A DNA stretch of 64,000 bases, taken from Lingula anatina. Its lineage: Eukaryota; Animalia; Brachiopoda. The position numbers and the translations under genes are program-made. Of the stretch, positions 1-11,879 are shown piece after piece. Under the pieces are notes generated by a model. The model saw only the letters and a list, made by a program, of their open reading frames with translations, made no database searches and was not told the origin of the DNA. Each line of letters starts with the position of its first letter. The stretch's first letter is position 1. The DNA lies in the NCBI GenBank assembly GCA_051362555.1, contig CM120640.1, forward strand, positions 60,428,788-60,492,787. The letters run 5' to 3'.

Positions 1-122
1 TTTTGCTCAAGTACTCTTGCCTGGCACGCAATGATCTCGTGACCCAGTTCTGAGCTGTCACTCACTTTTGAACTGGTCAAAACAAGTGCGCTCAAACGCA
101 GTTCGGTTTTACCGTTTGATTC

Positions 123-690
123 ATGGAAGAGCTTACGCTGTATTTTTTAACTCATTTGCAAGGATTGGGTAGGATATTGGGATTATTATCACTGATCAAC
201 ATGTTTAGTTTGAGGACAACAATGCCCATTAGATCTATTCAGTGGAAGAAATATATTTTTTTAAAGTTTTGCTGGAACGTGCACGATGATACGGCGCGGG
301 ACCATTCAGGAATTTGGGAAATGATGGAATTACTGTAACGGAGGTTTTATCTAACAGTACACGGAACAAGAAGTATGCACTTATCAGTATGCTTGGATGT
401 ATGGTTACGGTCTCTGTTAGATCTTTTCACAGTAGAGGAAATATTGTTTTTTGTACTTTTTCTGAAACATGTTCGACAGCGTGGGAATGGGACATTACGA
501 CAGTAGTGCATCGGAGGTTTTATCTAAGAGTAAAAGAGGCCAAGAACAATGCACTGGATGGAAATACATGTCTAAATGTTCAACGCAGGTTTTTATCATA
601 ATAAAAGGTAACAATCACATTAATTGCTTTTTCTTGAGTTCCACCAATAGAAAATGTCTCGACGAGTGTAAGGTCAAGGTCATTTGAAAT
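123..690 (+). pseudogene. Degenerate Harbinger (HARBI1-like) nuclease remnant
   Basis: Frameshifted fragments (IYSVEEIY; VTVSVRSFHSRG; KGNNHINC) loosely resemble Harbinger transposase motifs; convergent with the Myb ORF. Weak similarity. Confidence 0.4.
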
Positions 691-785
691 GCACGTCTCT
701 GAAGCAGACGACATAATGCATTATCGTCAGCATAGCATTTATAAAATTACTAATCTATTTATTAAATCAATAATTGTAAAATAAT

Positions 786-1193
786 TTAATCATGAAGTAC
801 CTGTTGTCTCAAACCCATCGGACACACCACAAAGGCGGGGTCGTCCTTGTGCAGCTGTATGATCTTTTCTGTTGTGGCATCCAGCGGTGGAGCAGGAGCT
901 CCACCCCTAGTCTTGGCACTATGGCTGCGTAGCCCACAGTGAGCTTTCTTGGCCGCAGTAACCAGCTGCCTCCATTTTTCTTTACATTCTTCATGTATTC
1001 TGCTAGCTGTACCAACAGCAGTGATTTTCCTGCTAATCTTGAGCCACACATCAAGCTTGGACTTGTTGTCCAAGCTTAATGTGTGCTTGTTCTTGATGGT
1101 GCTGTGGTCTGCCTCTACCAGCTCCACCAGTAAAGTCTGTTCACTGACAGACCAGTTTTGTTTTCTGCTCCTCTTTTTCTCGGACATTGACAT
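786..1193 (-). pseudogene. Myb/SANT-like DNA-binding protein (Harbinger ORF2, NAIF1/MSANTD-like)
   Basis: RKQNWSVSEQTLLVELV...KLDVWLKISRKITAVG..R..EECKEKWRQL trihelix pattern followed by TRGGAPAP; C-terminus appears frameshifted or truncated. Confidence 0.85.
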
Positions 1194-4054
1194 ATTTCCA
1201 AAGTAGATCAAAGCAGACAACACAAATGAGCAATTAATTATCATATATATTTATTTTGTTTATAGAAACCTATTGCATTCTGGGGAATTTTATTTCCAAA
1301 TATGGTCTGGATAAGTTGTTTATAGCAACTAAACACTTGTTAAGAAAATTAAACGTCCGTTAACTAACCGGCTGTTTAAACTCTGTTTATAAAACACAAT
1401 TTTAACCGCTGTTTAGTTAGCAGTGTTTAGAGAATTTAACTACTGGTTAGGCTTATACACTGGTTAGTGGTAAACGTCCTTTATAAAACCGGGCCCTGGT
1501 GGTTAACTAGAGGGGTGGATGGCCCAGTTCAAATGGTTGAAAATAAGAACTGACTGTGGTCATAGTGCTGTTATGTGTGTCACCTGTATTAATGCCAAAA
1601 AAGATAATGTATTGACATCAGGCAAAAAGAAACTGGCTACAACAAAGAAGGATGACCTGGTAAAGCACATGCATTCTGTAGATCATCGGACAGCCTCATC
1701 TCTACCAACAATGAGAAAAAGTTTGCAAAAGGCTTGCCATCATGCTCATAACACGGTGAAAAATGCCATTATAGCCCAGATGCGAACTGTCCTGACACAA
1801 GCAAAGGAAGCCATTCCTTCAGTGAAAAATTCAAAACTAATCAAACTTCAAATCCAAAATGTAAGTTTACTTGTGCAAAGGTGTATGTGATACAGTAGTT
1901 GCTTAATTAATTTGAGTAAAACAATTATTTTGTTAATTTTTTTTTCTTGGTCTGGCTAGGTGGCTCCCACTGTGCAAAGACAAAAGAATGTCCTGCGCGA
2001 GCATTTTAATTGTGCCAAAAATCACAGGGGTCTCTCTGAGTAAATTTTGCACACAGACCACGTCATCACTCAAGGGTCACTGGCAGAGAGTAAATTAAAT
2101 CGTTTTTTTTTTTTTTACAGTTGAGATGACAGATTCCTGTACATGCGTTTTCCTGTACATGCGTGTCTGATACTCATTACCAACACCATAGGTCCATAAG
2201 TGACATTTATGAAGTAATGGCCAGCATGGTGAAGGGTGACATCTTGGAAGATCGGGCAAGCAGTCCATATCCATACTATGGCATTGAAATTGATGAAGCT
2301 ACTGATTGCGTTAACAAATCAATAGTGATTGCTTTCATGCGTTTCTTGGACAAAACTGACTCCATGAAAACATCATTTATTGGAGTGAAAGAACTGAAAT
2401 GTCAGGACTCTGAATCTATTTTCAATGCCACCATGCAGATTTTACAGGAGAATGACCTGCCATTGGAAGAATTGTATGGATTAGCCACAGATGGGGCAAG
2501 TGTTATGTCTGGAGTTCACAATGGTGTCGCAACACGGTAATATATTATTATTAATGTGTAAAACAAGAAATTTTATCATTTATTTACAATACAGTTTCAT
2601 GGTCAAACAAATATATTTTGGGTAGTCTTTTCTTGTTTTGTTGTTTTCTTATTATATCATTAGCATTATTTACTGAATGATTTATTTGTAAATCCAAGAT
2701 GCAGGCTGCTGGATTCATGAGATAGTTTTACCATACTTGTAGTAAAGGTTTTAGGAAAGCACAGTGTTTGAATGTTGCTTTAGGATTTTGTATCAGATGA
2801 AATTTTGATTTACTTTTGTGTTTGCATTATTTCCTTTATTAAATAGTTATAATAATAATAATAATATTCTTTTTGTTTTTTCTTTACAGCTTTAAACACT
2901 TGTTGGGCACCTTGTGTCAGTTCATTGCATGGCACACCGACTACAGTTATTAAGTGAGAAAGCGGCCAACAGTGTTCCATACATGGGAAAATTTATCGCA
3001 GTCTTGAATGAGTTTGCAAAAGCTCTGAAGTTTTCGCCAAAATTCCAGTGTGTACTGGAACAATGCAAAGAGATGAGCAATGTGAAAGCGAGCAAAATTC
3101 ACCAAGTATTTTTTACAAGATGGCTCTCTTTTGCTGATAGTGTATCATCTTTAGCAGGGTGCATCGGCCCAGTAATTTCAGCTCTACAGACCCTTGCCCT
3201 AGAAAGGAATCTCCAAGGCAGGGCTGTCCTGCATGGGGGAGTGGATCAAATGGGGACGGTTAGATTTGTATTGATGGCACACTTTCTGGCTGATGTAGTT
3301 GGGATGTTGGGCATTTTGTCCAAAATCATGCAGAAGCAAGATGCTACTTACTCAGCAATCAAAAGTCAAATTGATGCAACCATATTGGGGATTCAGAGTA
3401 TGCTGACAACACTAGGACCTTATTTGTCTAAAGCACTGCAGGCTTTGTCCAGCATCCCAGATGGATCTGGGTATACATCCTATGCAGGGGATGAACTGAA
3501 GGACTGTGTAGGGCATCGGGAGAAATTTCAGGAAGCAGCAACTGCTTATATTGATGAAGTAGTAACCAGATTGACATCTTGTTTCCCCAATCATGATATA
3601 ATGTCATGCTTTAAGGATTTTTTGCCTGCTGAGTGTCGACTGATATCCAAAGAGGAGGCCACTACACACATTACAGAATTGGCAGACAAATACCAGTCAT
3701 TGGTGGACAAGGAGGCAGTGAGGATGGAATGGCCTCTCCTCTACAGAGTTATGCAGTCACCAAGTTACAAGAAATTGGTCAGCAGAAGATTTTTTTAAGT
3801 GTTTTTACACCCGAACTGTAATACCTACCTAAATTTGAGTAAGTTAGCTGCTATTGGCTTGATTTTGCCAGTTACGTCTGTGAATTGCGAGAGGGGCATA
3901 TCCAGGTATAATGCCATCAAGACAGACTCCAGAAACATGATATCTGTGGAGCACATGGATCACTTGATGGCATTATACCTGGAGTCGCCAGGATTGGACA
4001 AGTTTGACTTTGAGAAATGTTTTGATCAATGGCTCGTGAAAAAGGAAAGGAGGG

Positions 4055-4457
4055 TGTCAGAGAATTAAGCTCTCCTGGGGAGGAGAGATCGAAAAAGGAG
4101 AGGAGAGGAGAGTCGGGGCCATGCGGTGCGTTACTGTTTCAGACAAAGTGTGGAAGCGTTTTAAGCGCTGGACGTTGTAGTGATGGGATTTATTGTTGGA
4201 AAAGACTGTGTTGATGTTCCGTGGACTGCACTGAATGCTTTGATACCATATGTGCGCCAAGTTACGGCATAAACTAACCAAGATAAGAATCGGCGGCAAG
4301 TACACGTGTACCTCTCTGTTACATTGCATTAGTTACTGTTACGTTATGTACTGTGATAATCTGGAAACTGATCTTTATTCAGTGGAAATCTTAAGTTTCG
4401 AAAATAATAAAGGAGACATTCAGAACATATGCAAATGCGCTGTTGTTTTTCCTGACA
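4055..4457 (+). repeat. 5' LTR (403 bp)
   Basis: Starts TGTCAG, ends CTGACA, contains AATAAA, directly followed by the PBS. Confidence 0.92.
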
Positions 4458-4460
4458 ATT

Positions 4461-4477
4461 TGGGGGCTCGTCCGGGA
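4461..4477 (+). promoter_or_regulatory. Primer-binding site complementary to tRNA-Pro 3' end
   Basis: TGGGGGCTCGTCCGGGA 3 nt after the LTR; same as the classical tRNA-Pro PBS of MLV. Confidence 0.93.
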
Positions 4478-4740
4478 GCTGAATAAAGACAGCGGAACGA
4501 TGCTGACTGTGGAACAAATGATTTCAACATATGCCGTGAGTTGCAGCCTTGAGAGCTATAATTACTGTGTGATGCTCAGTGTAGTGAAACGAACTGACTG
4601 GAACATATGCTATCATACCGTTAGTTACAGTTGTGTGCCGTTTGATACTAGATGTGGACTGGTGTAATGAACGTTATAGCCCATGCAGCTGACAGTGTTT
4701 ATTCAAGTTGATCAACTGACACTTAAATGTTATCAGTGAC

Positions 4741-5190
4741 AGTAGTGTTGTGCATTACAAAAGTGTGTAATGTGTTGGTACTGCCTAACAGTGGTTAGCA
4801 GTAATACAGTTGTACCCTATATAGTGGTGTTGTGCATTACAAAAGTGTGTAATGTGTTGGTATTGTCTAACAGTGGTTAGCAGTAATACAGTTGTACCCT
4901 ATAGTGGTGTTGTGCATTACAAAAGTGTGTAATGTGTTGGTATTGTCTAACAGTGGTTAGCAGTAATACAGTTGTGCCCTATAGTGGTGTTGTGCATTAC
5001 AAAAGTGTGTAATGTGTTGGTACTGCCTAACAGTGGTTAGCAGTAATACAGTTGTACCTTATAGTAGTGTTGTGCATTACAAAAGGTGTAATGTGTTGGT
5101 ACTGCCTAACAGTGGTTAGCAGTAATACAGTTGTACCTAATGGTAGTGTTCATATTACAAAGAGAAGTAATGTGTTGGTATGATGATTTA
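4741..5190 (+). repeat. ~80-bp tandem repeat (~5.5 copies) in retrotransposon 5' leader
   Basis: Unit atagtggtgttgtgcattacaaaagtgtgtaatgtgttgg...gttgtaccct recurs at 4821, 4901, 4981, 5061 plus degenerate flanking copies. Confidence 0.95.
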
Positions 5191-5465
5191 GTGTTACCTT
5201 TAGTTGTGTTTACTTTACAAGCAGTACAGTGTGTGGATATATTCAACAGTGTTAAATTACATGAGTGTAATTAAGTGAAGGTACAAACAGTACATGTAGG
5301 TGGTAGTGTGCTGTAGTGGTACAGTGTGGTGACATAGGACTGATAGAGTGCTAAATATACTTAAGTGATTTAGTAAAGCACTGTTGTACGTAGAGTAGTG
5401 TGTAGCACTCTTTAGTTGAGTAGATATTCATTTTACCTATAGACAGCTAGAAAACATCCTACAGC

Positions 5466-6388
5466 ATGGATACGAGTAAATACATCAGTGATGGTCAAAA
5501 GTTAGGGTATGAAGCTGAACAATTGAGAGAGTATGTAGCAAAATGTGAACAGCAGTACCTAGAGCGTGAAGTGAGAGCACGTGTCCGTGAAGATGAAAGA
5601 AAGGAACAGGAATTGGAAGTGATAAGATTAAACCATGAATTAGAAATGGAAAAGCAAGAACTTGACAGAAAGTTTCAGCGAGAAGAACAGCAACGGGCAT
5701 TAGAGAAGGAGCATATGGAAATAGAAAAGATGAAGCTCCAGGTACAATTGGGCAAACAGAAGACCAAATTCAGTGCAAGTACCTCAAGTGAAACAAGTGT
5801 TAAGGCGTCACGCCCAAAGTTACCTGCATTCGATGAAAATAAAGATGACATGGATGCATTTTTAGATTGTTTTGAACGCTTTGCTTCTAGTCAGCAGTGG
5901 CCAAAAGAGAGTTGGTTGAAGTGAGTCTAAGCCCATTGTTAACTGGTTAAGGTCTGCAGGCGTATTCTAGTATGCCAGCCGAGGAAGCTAATAACTATGA
6001 CAACTTGAAAGTAGCTTTGTTGAAGAGATATAGGTTTCGGTTTAAGTTCAGAAACTGTAAACCTGACAGTGGGGAAACGGTGTTTCAATTTGTTGCTAGG
6101 ATGAAGAGATATTATCAAAGATGGAAAGAACTCTCAGAAGTTGAAGATACAGTAGAAAGCATCAATGACCTCATCATACGAGAGCAATTTATGTCGGCAT
6201 GCTCCAATGAACTGTCAGTGTTCTTAAAAGAAAGGAAGCCAAGGACTGTTGATGAGATGACCAGGTTAGCAGAGCAATACCTTGAGGCACACAGTGGGTC
6301 CCCAGTCAAGGGGAAGAATAATTTCAGAGTTGAAGCTATTAAGGGATCAGATAATGTGGGTGCAGATTACCTCAGTAGGTTGTGTTAA
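5466..6388 (+). pseudogene. Gag with coiled-coil N-terminus and SCAN-like capsid domain
   Basis: PKLPAFDENKDDMDAFLDCFERFA..WP; SLSPLLTG*GLQAYSSM (frameshift near 5920, in-frame stop ~5948); YDNLKVALLKRY; IIREQFM...FLKERKPRTVDEMTRLAEQY. Confidence 0.88.
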
Positions 6389-6631
6389 ATATGAAGTTGT
6401 GCTAGATGTTATATTAAGTTTCACATTTGTAAGTGAAGAAATGGTCAAGTTGTTTCAAGAGTTCCATTATAGTTACTAAGTTTATTATAGAGTAAGAGTT
6501 CATGTATAACTTCAGTAGTTAAGTAGTTCAGCTGTTTACTGTTATTAGTTAATAGTTTTTAAAAGTGTTACATAGTTAAGGAGTTGTCGTCAGACTAATT
6601 AATATGTTGGTTGTGTAGATGGACATGTTGA

Positions 6632-6960
6632 CGTTACTGTTTCAGACAGAGTGTGGAAGCGTTTTAAGCGCTGGACGTTGTAGTGATGGGATTTATTGTT
6701 GGAAAAGACTGTGTTGATGTTCCGTGGACTGCACTGAATGCTTTGATACCATATGTGCGCCAAGTTACGGCATAAACTAACCAAGATAAGAATCGGCGGC
6801 AAGTACACGTGTACCTCTCTGTTACATTGCATTAGTTACTGTTACGTTATGTACTGTGATAATCTGGAAACTGATCTTTATTCAGTGGAAATCTTAAGTT
6901 TCGAAAATAATAAAGGAGACATTCAGAACATATGGAAATGCGCTGTTGTTTTTCCTGACA
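6632..6960 (+). repeat. 3' LTR, truncated at its 5' end (329 bp)
   Basis: Matches 4129-4457 with 2 substitutions seen by eye; first 74 bp of the LTR and the polypurine tract are absent. Confidence 0.92.
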
Positions 6961-7545
6961 GAGGGGTTTTCATGCAATTGTTCAAAATTCAGCTAAATAT
7001 TGAAATATCTCATACCAATGTATGGATGTCAGTTTAGAGCAACTTTATTAAGGAATGAGGCTGTCCAGGTGAATATCCTCTAACCAGATGCACTTCTTTT
7101 CTGAACAGAAAATGTAGAAATGACATGGGACTTCTGGTTTTCTTTTCATATTTGCTGATTCCACGGCATGAAATGTTTTTACAGCATTAAGAACTAATCT
7201 GCATGCCTATGCCATGCAAACTTTCATTTCATAAATAATTGCTGTATTAGTTGTAAATTAAAGACTTTGACTTGGAATGATTATTGGCTATAACTAGGCA
7301 TGGTGCCTATATCATATGACTCTTTGTGGGCTATTTTTTAAACAAGATATTGGCATTCTGCCTCAGCATTTTACATTTTTCTTAATTGCACATGATAAAA
7401 GATCCTGTTCAAAAGAGATTTGCAACCAAATTAGTTTTAATTTTTATGGTACCATAATTAAACTGCCTAATTCACCGTTCCGAGATGAGCGGATAAGCTC
7501 CGCCCCCTTAGATACTGTTGCTAGGTATAACAAGCAATAGTCAAA

Positions 7546-8140
7546 ATGGCCACCGAGCAGACAAACATGGTGTCAGATTCCTTAGAGAACATACCAGAAA
7601 ATATCGCAGTTAATTTCCTTCCGAATAGTGAATCTGTGTCAAAAAAAGGCTCTTCAAAAAGGACTGAACTATTTTACGCAAGGTTATATTCACAATGTGA
7701 AGATTTCTGAGGGAAACGGAACAATTTATGGTGACGCACAATGTTGGCGCTCGATGAGGAAAACTGAAGAACCGCACAAACTCCAAATCGAAATCGGCGA
7801 TAAAATGTTGTCAGATTCATTTTGTTCTTGTAAAGCCGGGTAAGTTTTTACATTTTCTACTTTTTTCTTACAATTAGATTCTTTTAGAGGTACAATTGTT
7901 GCGTACGCCGTTCACGCCTTTCATTTGATCTATCATTTATATCTAGCCTACTGTAGTACCACAGTGGACATGTTTACATTTGTGCAGTGAAACTTCTGCA
8001 CACGATATTGAGTCACTCAGAATGTGATAAATATATTTTTGGTCAAATGGTGTTTATTACAAGTACATTATTAGATTTCTGTGTTGTCTTACACACAATA
8101 ATTAGAAAACCACCCTTGAAAACGTATTGAGTGTTCTCTT

Positions 8141-8172
<32 letters not shown>

Positions 8173-10128
8173 GGGGGGGGGGAGGTATAGATTCGAGTAA
8201 AGATGATTTTGACAGTTTGTAAAAATAATTCTTACCATATGAAATTTTAAATTTGAAGAAAAAATATTAGTCTCACTGCATCAAGAAAATAATTTAAAAT
8301 TTCTTCACCAGACAAGAATTCCAAACCACCTCTAGAAAACCAAATGGTTGCTATCTCAGTGAGCTATTTTAGTAGACTGTTTACTTGCATTTTTTATCCC
8401 TATTCCCAGTATGTTTTGACTAAATTTTTTAAAAAATATAGATATTTCTTATTTTCACGAAACCAGAATTGTCCGTTTTCAACTATGTGCTGAATGCTTT
8501 TATTTTGCTTTTCCCCAGATAAATCATAACAAATTACTCATATGCTTAAAAGCCCATTCTGTGGTTTTATTATATACTTTTCAGCAATAAAATTCTACAG
8601 AGATAATATTTTTATGTACAGTACTGACATCGGGTAGTTTCTGTTTTGGACCTGAGTGTAGTGTTACAATGTGTAACACTCAAATTACACTAGATGATTT
8701 AATAGTATTATTTCAAAACCTGGGTGTTCAAGTTATGTGAAAATGTTGTTGAACTTCAGATTACCAAAGATAAGCCACCAAGACATCAACATCCTCAAAA
8801 ACCTGAAAGGGAACCCATTGGCCTATATTGCTTCAGTGGATGTAGATATACCATTAAGAAAAGTGCAACTTGGCTCATATCTATCTTATCAGGTAAAAAT
8901 CTGCTTGATATCACATAACATTTCGACAACAAGTTCTTATCAGCTTTTGGCCGAAAAGTGGCAAAATTGGGGTAAAAAAATCACTGTATACAATAAAAGC
9001 ATTTTTCGCTTCTATATAACACATTTTCATTTAAGTAAGTGCAATTAAAAGTTATTTCTACAATTATAATTTACTTTTTAATAATTAATCATCTTCATTT
9101 GAGCTTTTATCAGTGACAAAAGTAACTTGAAATAAAGTTATAAAGCAACATATTGACAGTTGTCCGAACTTATGATGCATGTGGGCTATCCATGTATTAA
9201 AAATACTTCCAGCAGACTGAACAGTTAAACCAAATCTAATGGCAATATCCTTGAAACCAAAATTGTGACGTAACTGTATCAACACTGAAAATAAGCAGTC
9301 CTCTTGTGTCAAAATTTTAATATCATTCCGACCTTTTTCATGCTGTAGTATATAGTTGTCTGGTATCAAAAATTTGAACAAACTTTTAAGCCGCTTTTAA
9401 ACCGCAACCGCAATTCCTGTGCAATATTTAACTTCGGTTCTTTGTCTAAAATGCTGTCTATTCCAAATTTCATTTGATCCTCAATTTTTTCCTTCAGCTG
9501 CTTTTTTTTTCATCTTTCAATTTCATGATCATTGACTCCAATTGCTTGATTTTGGTATTTTTCAAATCTAATTCACCACGCAATATGTGTTAATCTGTAT
9601 TTATAGCTAACATGTCCATTGGAGAAACCCCTGCAATAAAAAAAAAATATATGTATATATTTACAATTATAATAAATGTATATGCTGACATGATTTCTTA
9701 TTTAAATATACATTTAGTTTTTAATTATGACTGATTTATTTCAGACAAGAAACATCAAAGGGACAGCGGATTCAGTCCACGGAATTGGGGCAACTCCAGA
9801 TAGAAAGTTGTGTGACAATGGACAAACTGGAATTGCAGAAATCAAATGTCCCTTCACAGCAAGAAACATGTAAATTTTGGCAGCATGTGAAGACATTGCC
9901 AATTTTTGTCTTGAAAACAATAATGGGGAAATAAGATTAAAAACAACCCATGGCTATTACGCTCAAATTCAAGGACAGCTCATGATAACAGGATGCGACT
10001 TCTGTGAATTTATTGTATTTACACAATTCAGAGGATTATGCCAGATCAAGCTTACATGGCAGAACTTCTATAAAAACTATCCAGATTTTCCAAAGACTTT
10101 GCAAAACCACTTTTGTCTAATACTTTAA
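7546..10128 (+). pseudogene. SWIM zinc finger + YqaJ (lambda-exonuclease-like) protein of the ISL2EU element
   Basis: KGLNYFTQGYIHNV...CWRSMRK.EEPH...CSCKAG (to donor at 7840); VQLGSYLSYQ exon ~8737-8892; LGATPD...EIKCP...YYAQIQGQLMITGCDFCEFIVFT at ~9780-10030; stops and deletions present. Confidence 0.88.
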
Positions 10129-11601
10129 ACTTGACATAAACTTACACTGTTCTTCTGTCTGAGTGCCTGTACCAGTTTCTGTTTCAACAGTTGAGTCAGA
10201 TGCATGCGAATTATTCTCATCACTGCAAGAACAAAAAATTATTTGAACGAAAAAAAATTATAATCTATGAAATTTTTGTTATGTATAAAGCTGAAATAGG
10301 CATAATGGGGCCATTAAATCAAGAATATGCTTCACAGTTAAATGAAATAATTGAATTGAGGCCACAAGTCCAATTTTTAAAAACTTTCTTTACGTCATGG
10401 AACATTATCCATAAATTTTGTGATCACTTGTACACCAGAACCAAATAAATTTCCCTCTGAATGGATTTCAAAAGTTTTGAGCATGAGCAAAACATTAGGG
10501 TCAGCTATTCTAATATCCAGGAATGTACAAAGGATTGTATTTCCAACGGCATTCTTGCTCATTCCGTCTCTAGTGTGACGGGTCCTTTATCTGGAATGTG
10601 CAAGAATCATTTGATGTTCATTCCGAGTATTCTAGCGACATTCTCACAAAGCTGTAAGAATTTGAAATTCCCTCCCGAATGGTGTACGAATTTTAAATTT
10701 CATTCATTCCGGTTGGTTCTGCTTATTTCCTGCTGATTGCAAATAAGTGTGACGGGGGTATTAGTTTGAACAAAGCACATTCTGTTGTGTACATATTTCT
10801 CAATCATTTTTTTTTTCCAAGAAATGAGTAATTGAAAATTATGCCTAATTTACATGTTCTCAGATGTTTTGATGTGTAGTATAATAATATTACCTTTCAA
10901 CCTCCTGCTATAGTCTTTTCCTTGCTTTTCTGAAGACACTGCTGTCAAAGGGAACAGGATCAGGATAATCTGATGTTGGGCCACTGGCACTTTTGAAATG
11001 CTACATGTCATGAATGAAAAAATGTATAGTTTCTATTATAAAGGTTTATAGTTTAAAGGCATAAACATCAAACATATCTTCATAACACCGGTGGTTTAAC
11101 CAGAAAAAGCCCCAGTAACCAGGGAAAATACACAATTTTACGATGCGTGGCTGTTACATTCCCTGTCCTGCATTACAAACTTACTAAGTCTGTCGCCATA
11201 TTAATATTCGGCGCCATCTTCACGTTTTGTATACCGTTTACTGTAAATAAATTGTTTTTGCAATAAACTGAATAAGTAAATGTCTGCACTGCATAAATAA
11301 GAGCTTTAACTCACCTTTGAACATATATAAGTGTCTTTTGTAACATTCTTAACGCAGAGTTGTGTGACGGCTGCATGCACTGCATAAATAAGAGCTTTAA
11401 CTCACCTTTGAACATATATAAGTGTCTTTTGTAACATTCTTAACGCAGAGTTGTGTGACGGCTGCATGCACGAATCCAGGTTAGACACTTCTCCAGCTGT
11501 GTTTTTGGCTTCGGAAAAGCAATGAAATACACCTCTTCCATTCGTTCCGGATAACGAGAATCAGATTTGCAACACCCATAACAACAGTGTTTTACTGACA
11601 T
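9155..11601 (-). pseudogene. THAP + HTH transposase of the ISL2EU element, DDE domain missing
   Basis: MSVKHCCYGCCKSDSRYP...FPKP...WIRACSR (11601-11406); HF..GPTSDYPDPVP exon (~11000-10894); LTQEDCLFSVLIQLRHNFGFKDIAIRFGL....GSIFNTWI helix-turn-helix (~9330-9160). Confidence 0.87.
11285..11471. repeat. 91-bp tandem duplication with TGCAC microhomology
   Basis: TGCAC at 11285, 11376 and 11467 bracket two identical units that include the transposase exon-1 splice donor. Confidence 0.93.
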
Positions 11602-11879
11602 GACTTTGTCGGAGAAACGTATTCTTAAGTGACAAAAAATGCAAAAATCTTCAGCGTAATCTGATACACCGGACAGATGATTGTTTGTCCAGTAAGATGG
11701 CGGCTGTTTACACATGCGTATCACGTGACATTAATTATATGGTTCTATTGGTTAAAACAATGCTGTCAATCACTCATCTCAGAACGGTGAATTGAACTGT
11801 CCTTATGTTATGGGTTATGGTTTACTTGGAAACTTTTGATGATATCTTGAGTTTACAAGCAGAGAAATGTAGAAAAAAG

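Larger units (their letters stand above)
1..1495. mobile_element. PIF/Harbinger DNA transposon, one end only (other end upstream of window)
   Basis: Terminus ...cctttataaaaccgggcc (ends 1495) followed by CTG, a CWG-type target. Contains a Myb/SANT ORF on - and a heavily decayed nuclease-like remnant on +, the usual two-gene Harbinger layout. Confidence 0.75.
4055..6960 (+). mobile_element. Gypsy/Ty3 (Gmr1-like) LTR retrotransposon, non-autonomous, gag only
   Basis: TGTCAG...CTGACA termini; 5-bp TSD GAGGG (4050-4054 and 6961-6965); direct repeat 4129-4457 = 6632-6960; PBS; gag present, no pol seen. Confidence 0.93.
1507..7003 (+). pseudogene. hAT transposase, ZNF862-like (TTF-type zinc finger, DUF4371-like core, hAT dimerisation domain), spliced and disrupted
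   Basis: Exons ~1507-1860, ~2121-2536, 2890-4054 with GT..AG introns. Motifs W..FKWL..MCVTC, IDEATD, LATDGASVMSG, VHCMAHRLQL, TRWLS, PVTSVNCERG.S. Frameshift near 3790. Removing the LTR insertion restores the end KKERRGFHAIVQNSAKY* (stop 7001-7003). Confidence 0.9.
7468..11794. mobile_element. ISL2EU-type (PHIS group) DNA transposon, internally deleted
   Basis: TIRs aattcaccgttccgagatgag (7469-7489) / ctcatctcagaacggtgaatt (11773-11793); THAP+HTH transposase on -, SWIM+YqaJ nuclease on +. Confidence 0.88.

Noticed and set aside
1507-4068. hAT ORF as a domesticated ZNF862-like host gene
   Set aside because: Frameshift near 3790, a stop upstream of the zinc finger and TE insertions at both ends point to a decaying transposon.
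4057-4486. ORFs duplicated at 6599-7037
   Set aside because: Chance ORFs within the two LTR copies; no protein motifs.
4741-5190. Regularly spaced repeats resembling a CRISPR array
   Set aside because: Units are contiguous with no unique spacers, no cas genes, eukaryotic context, inside an LTR element.
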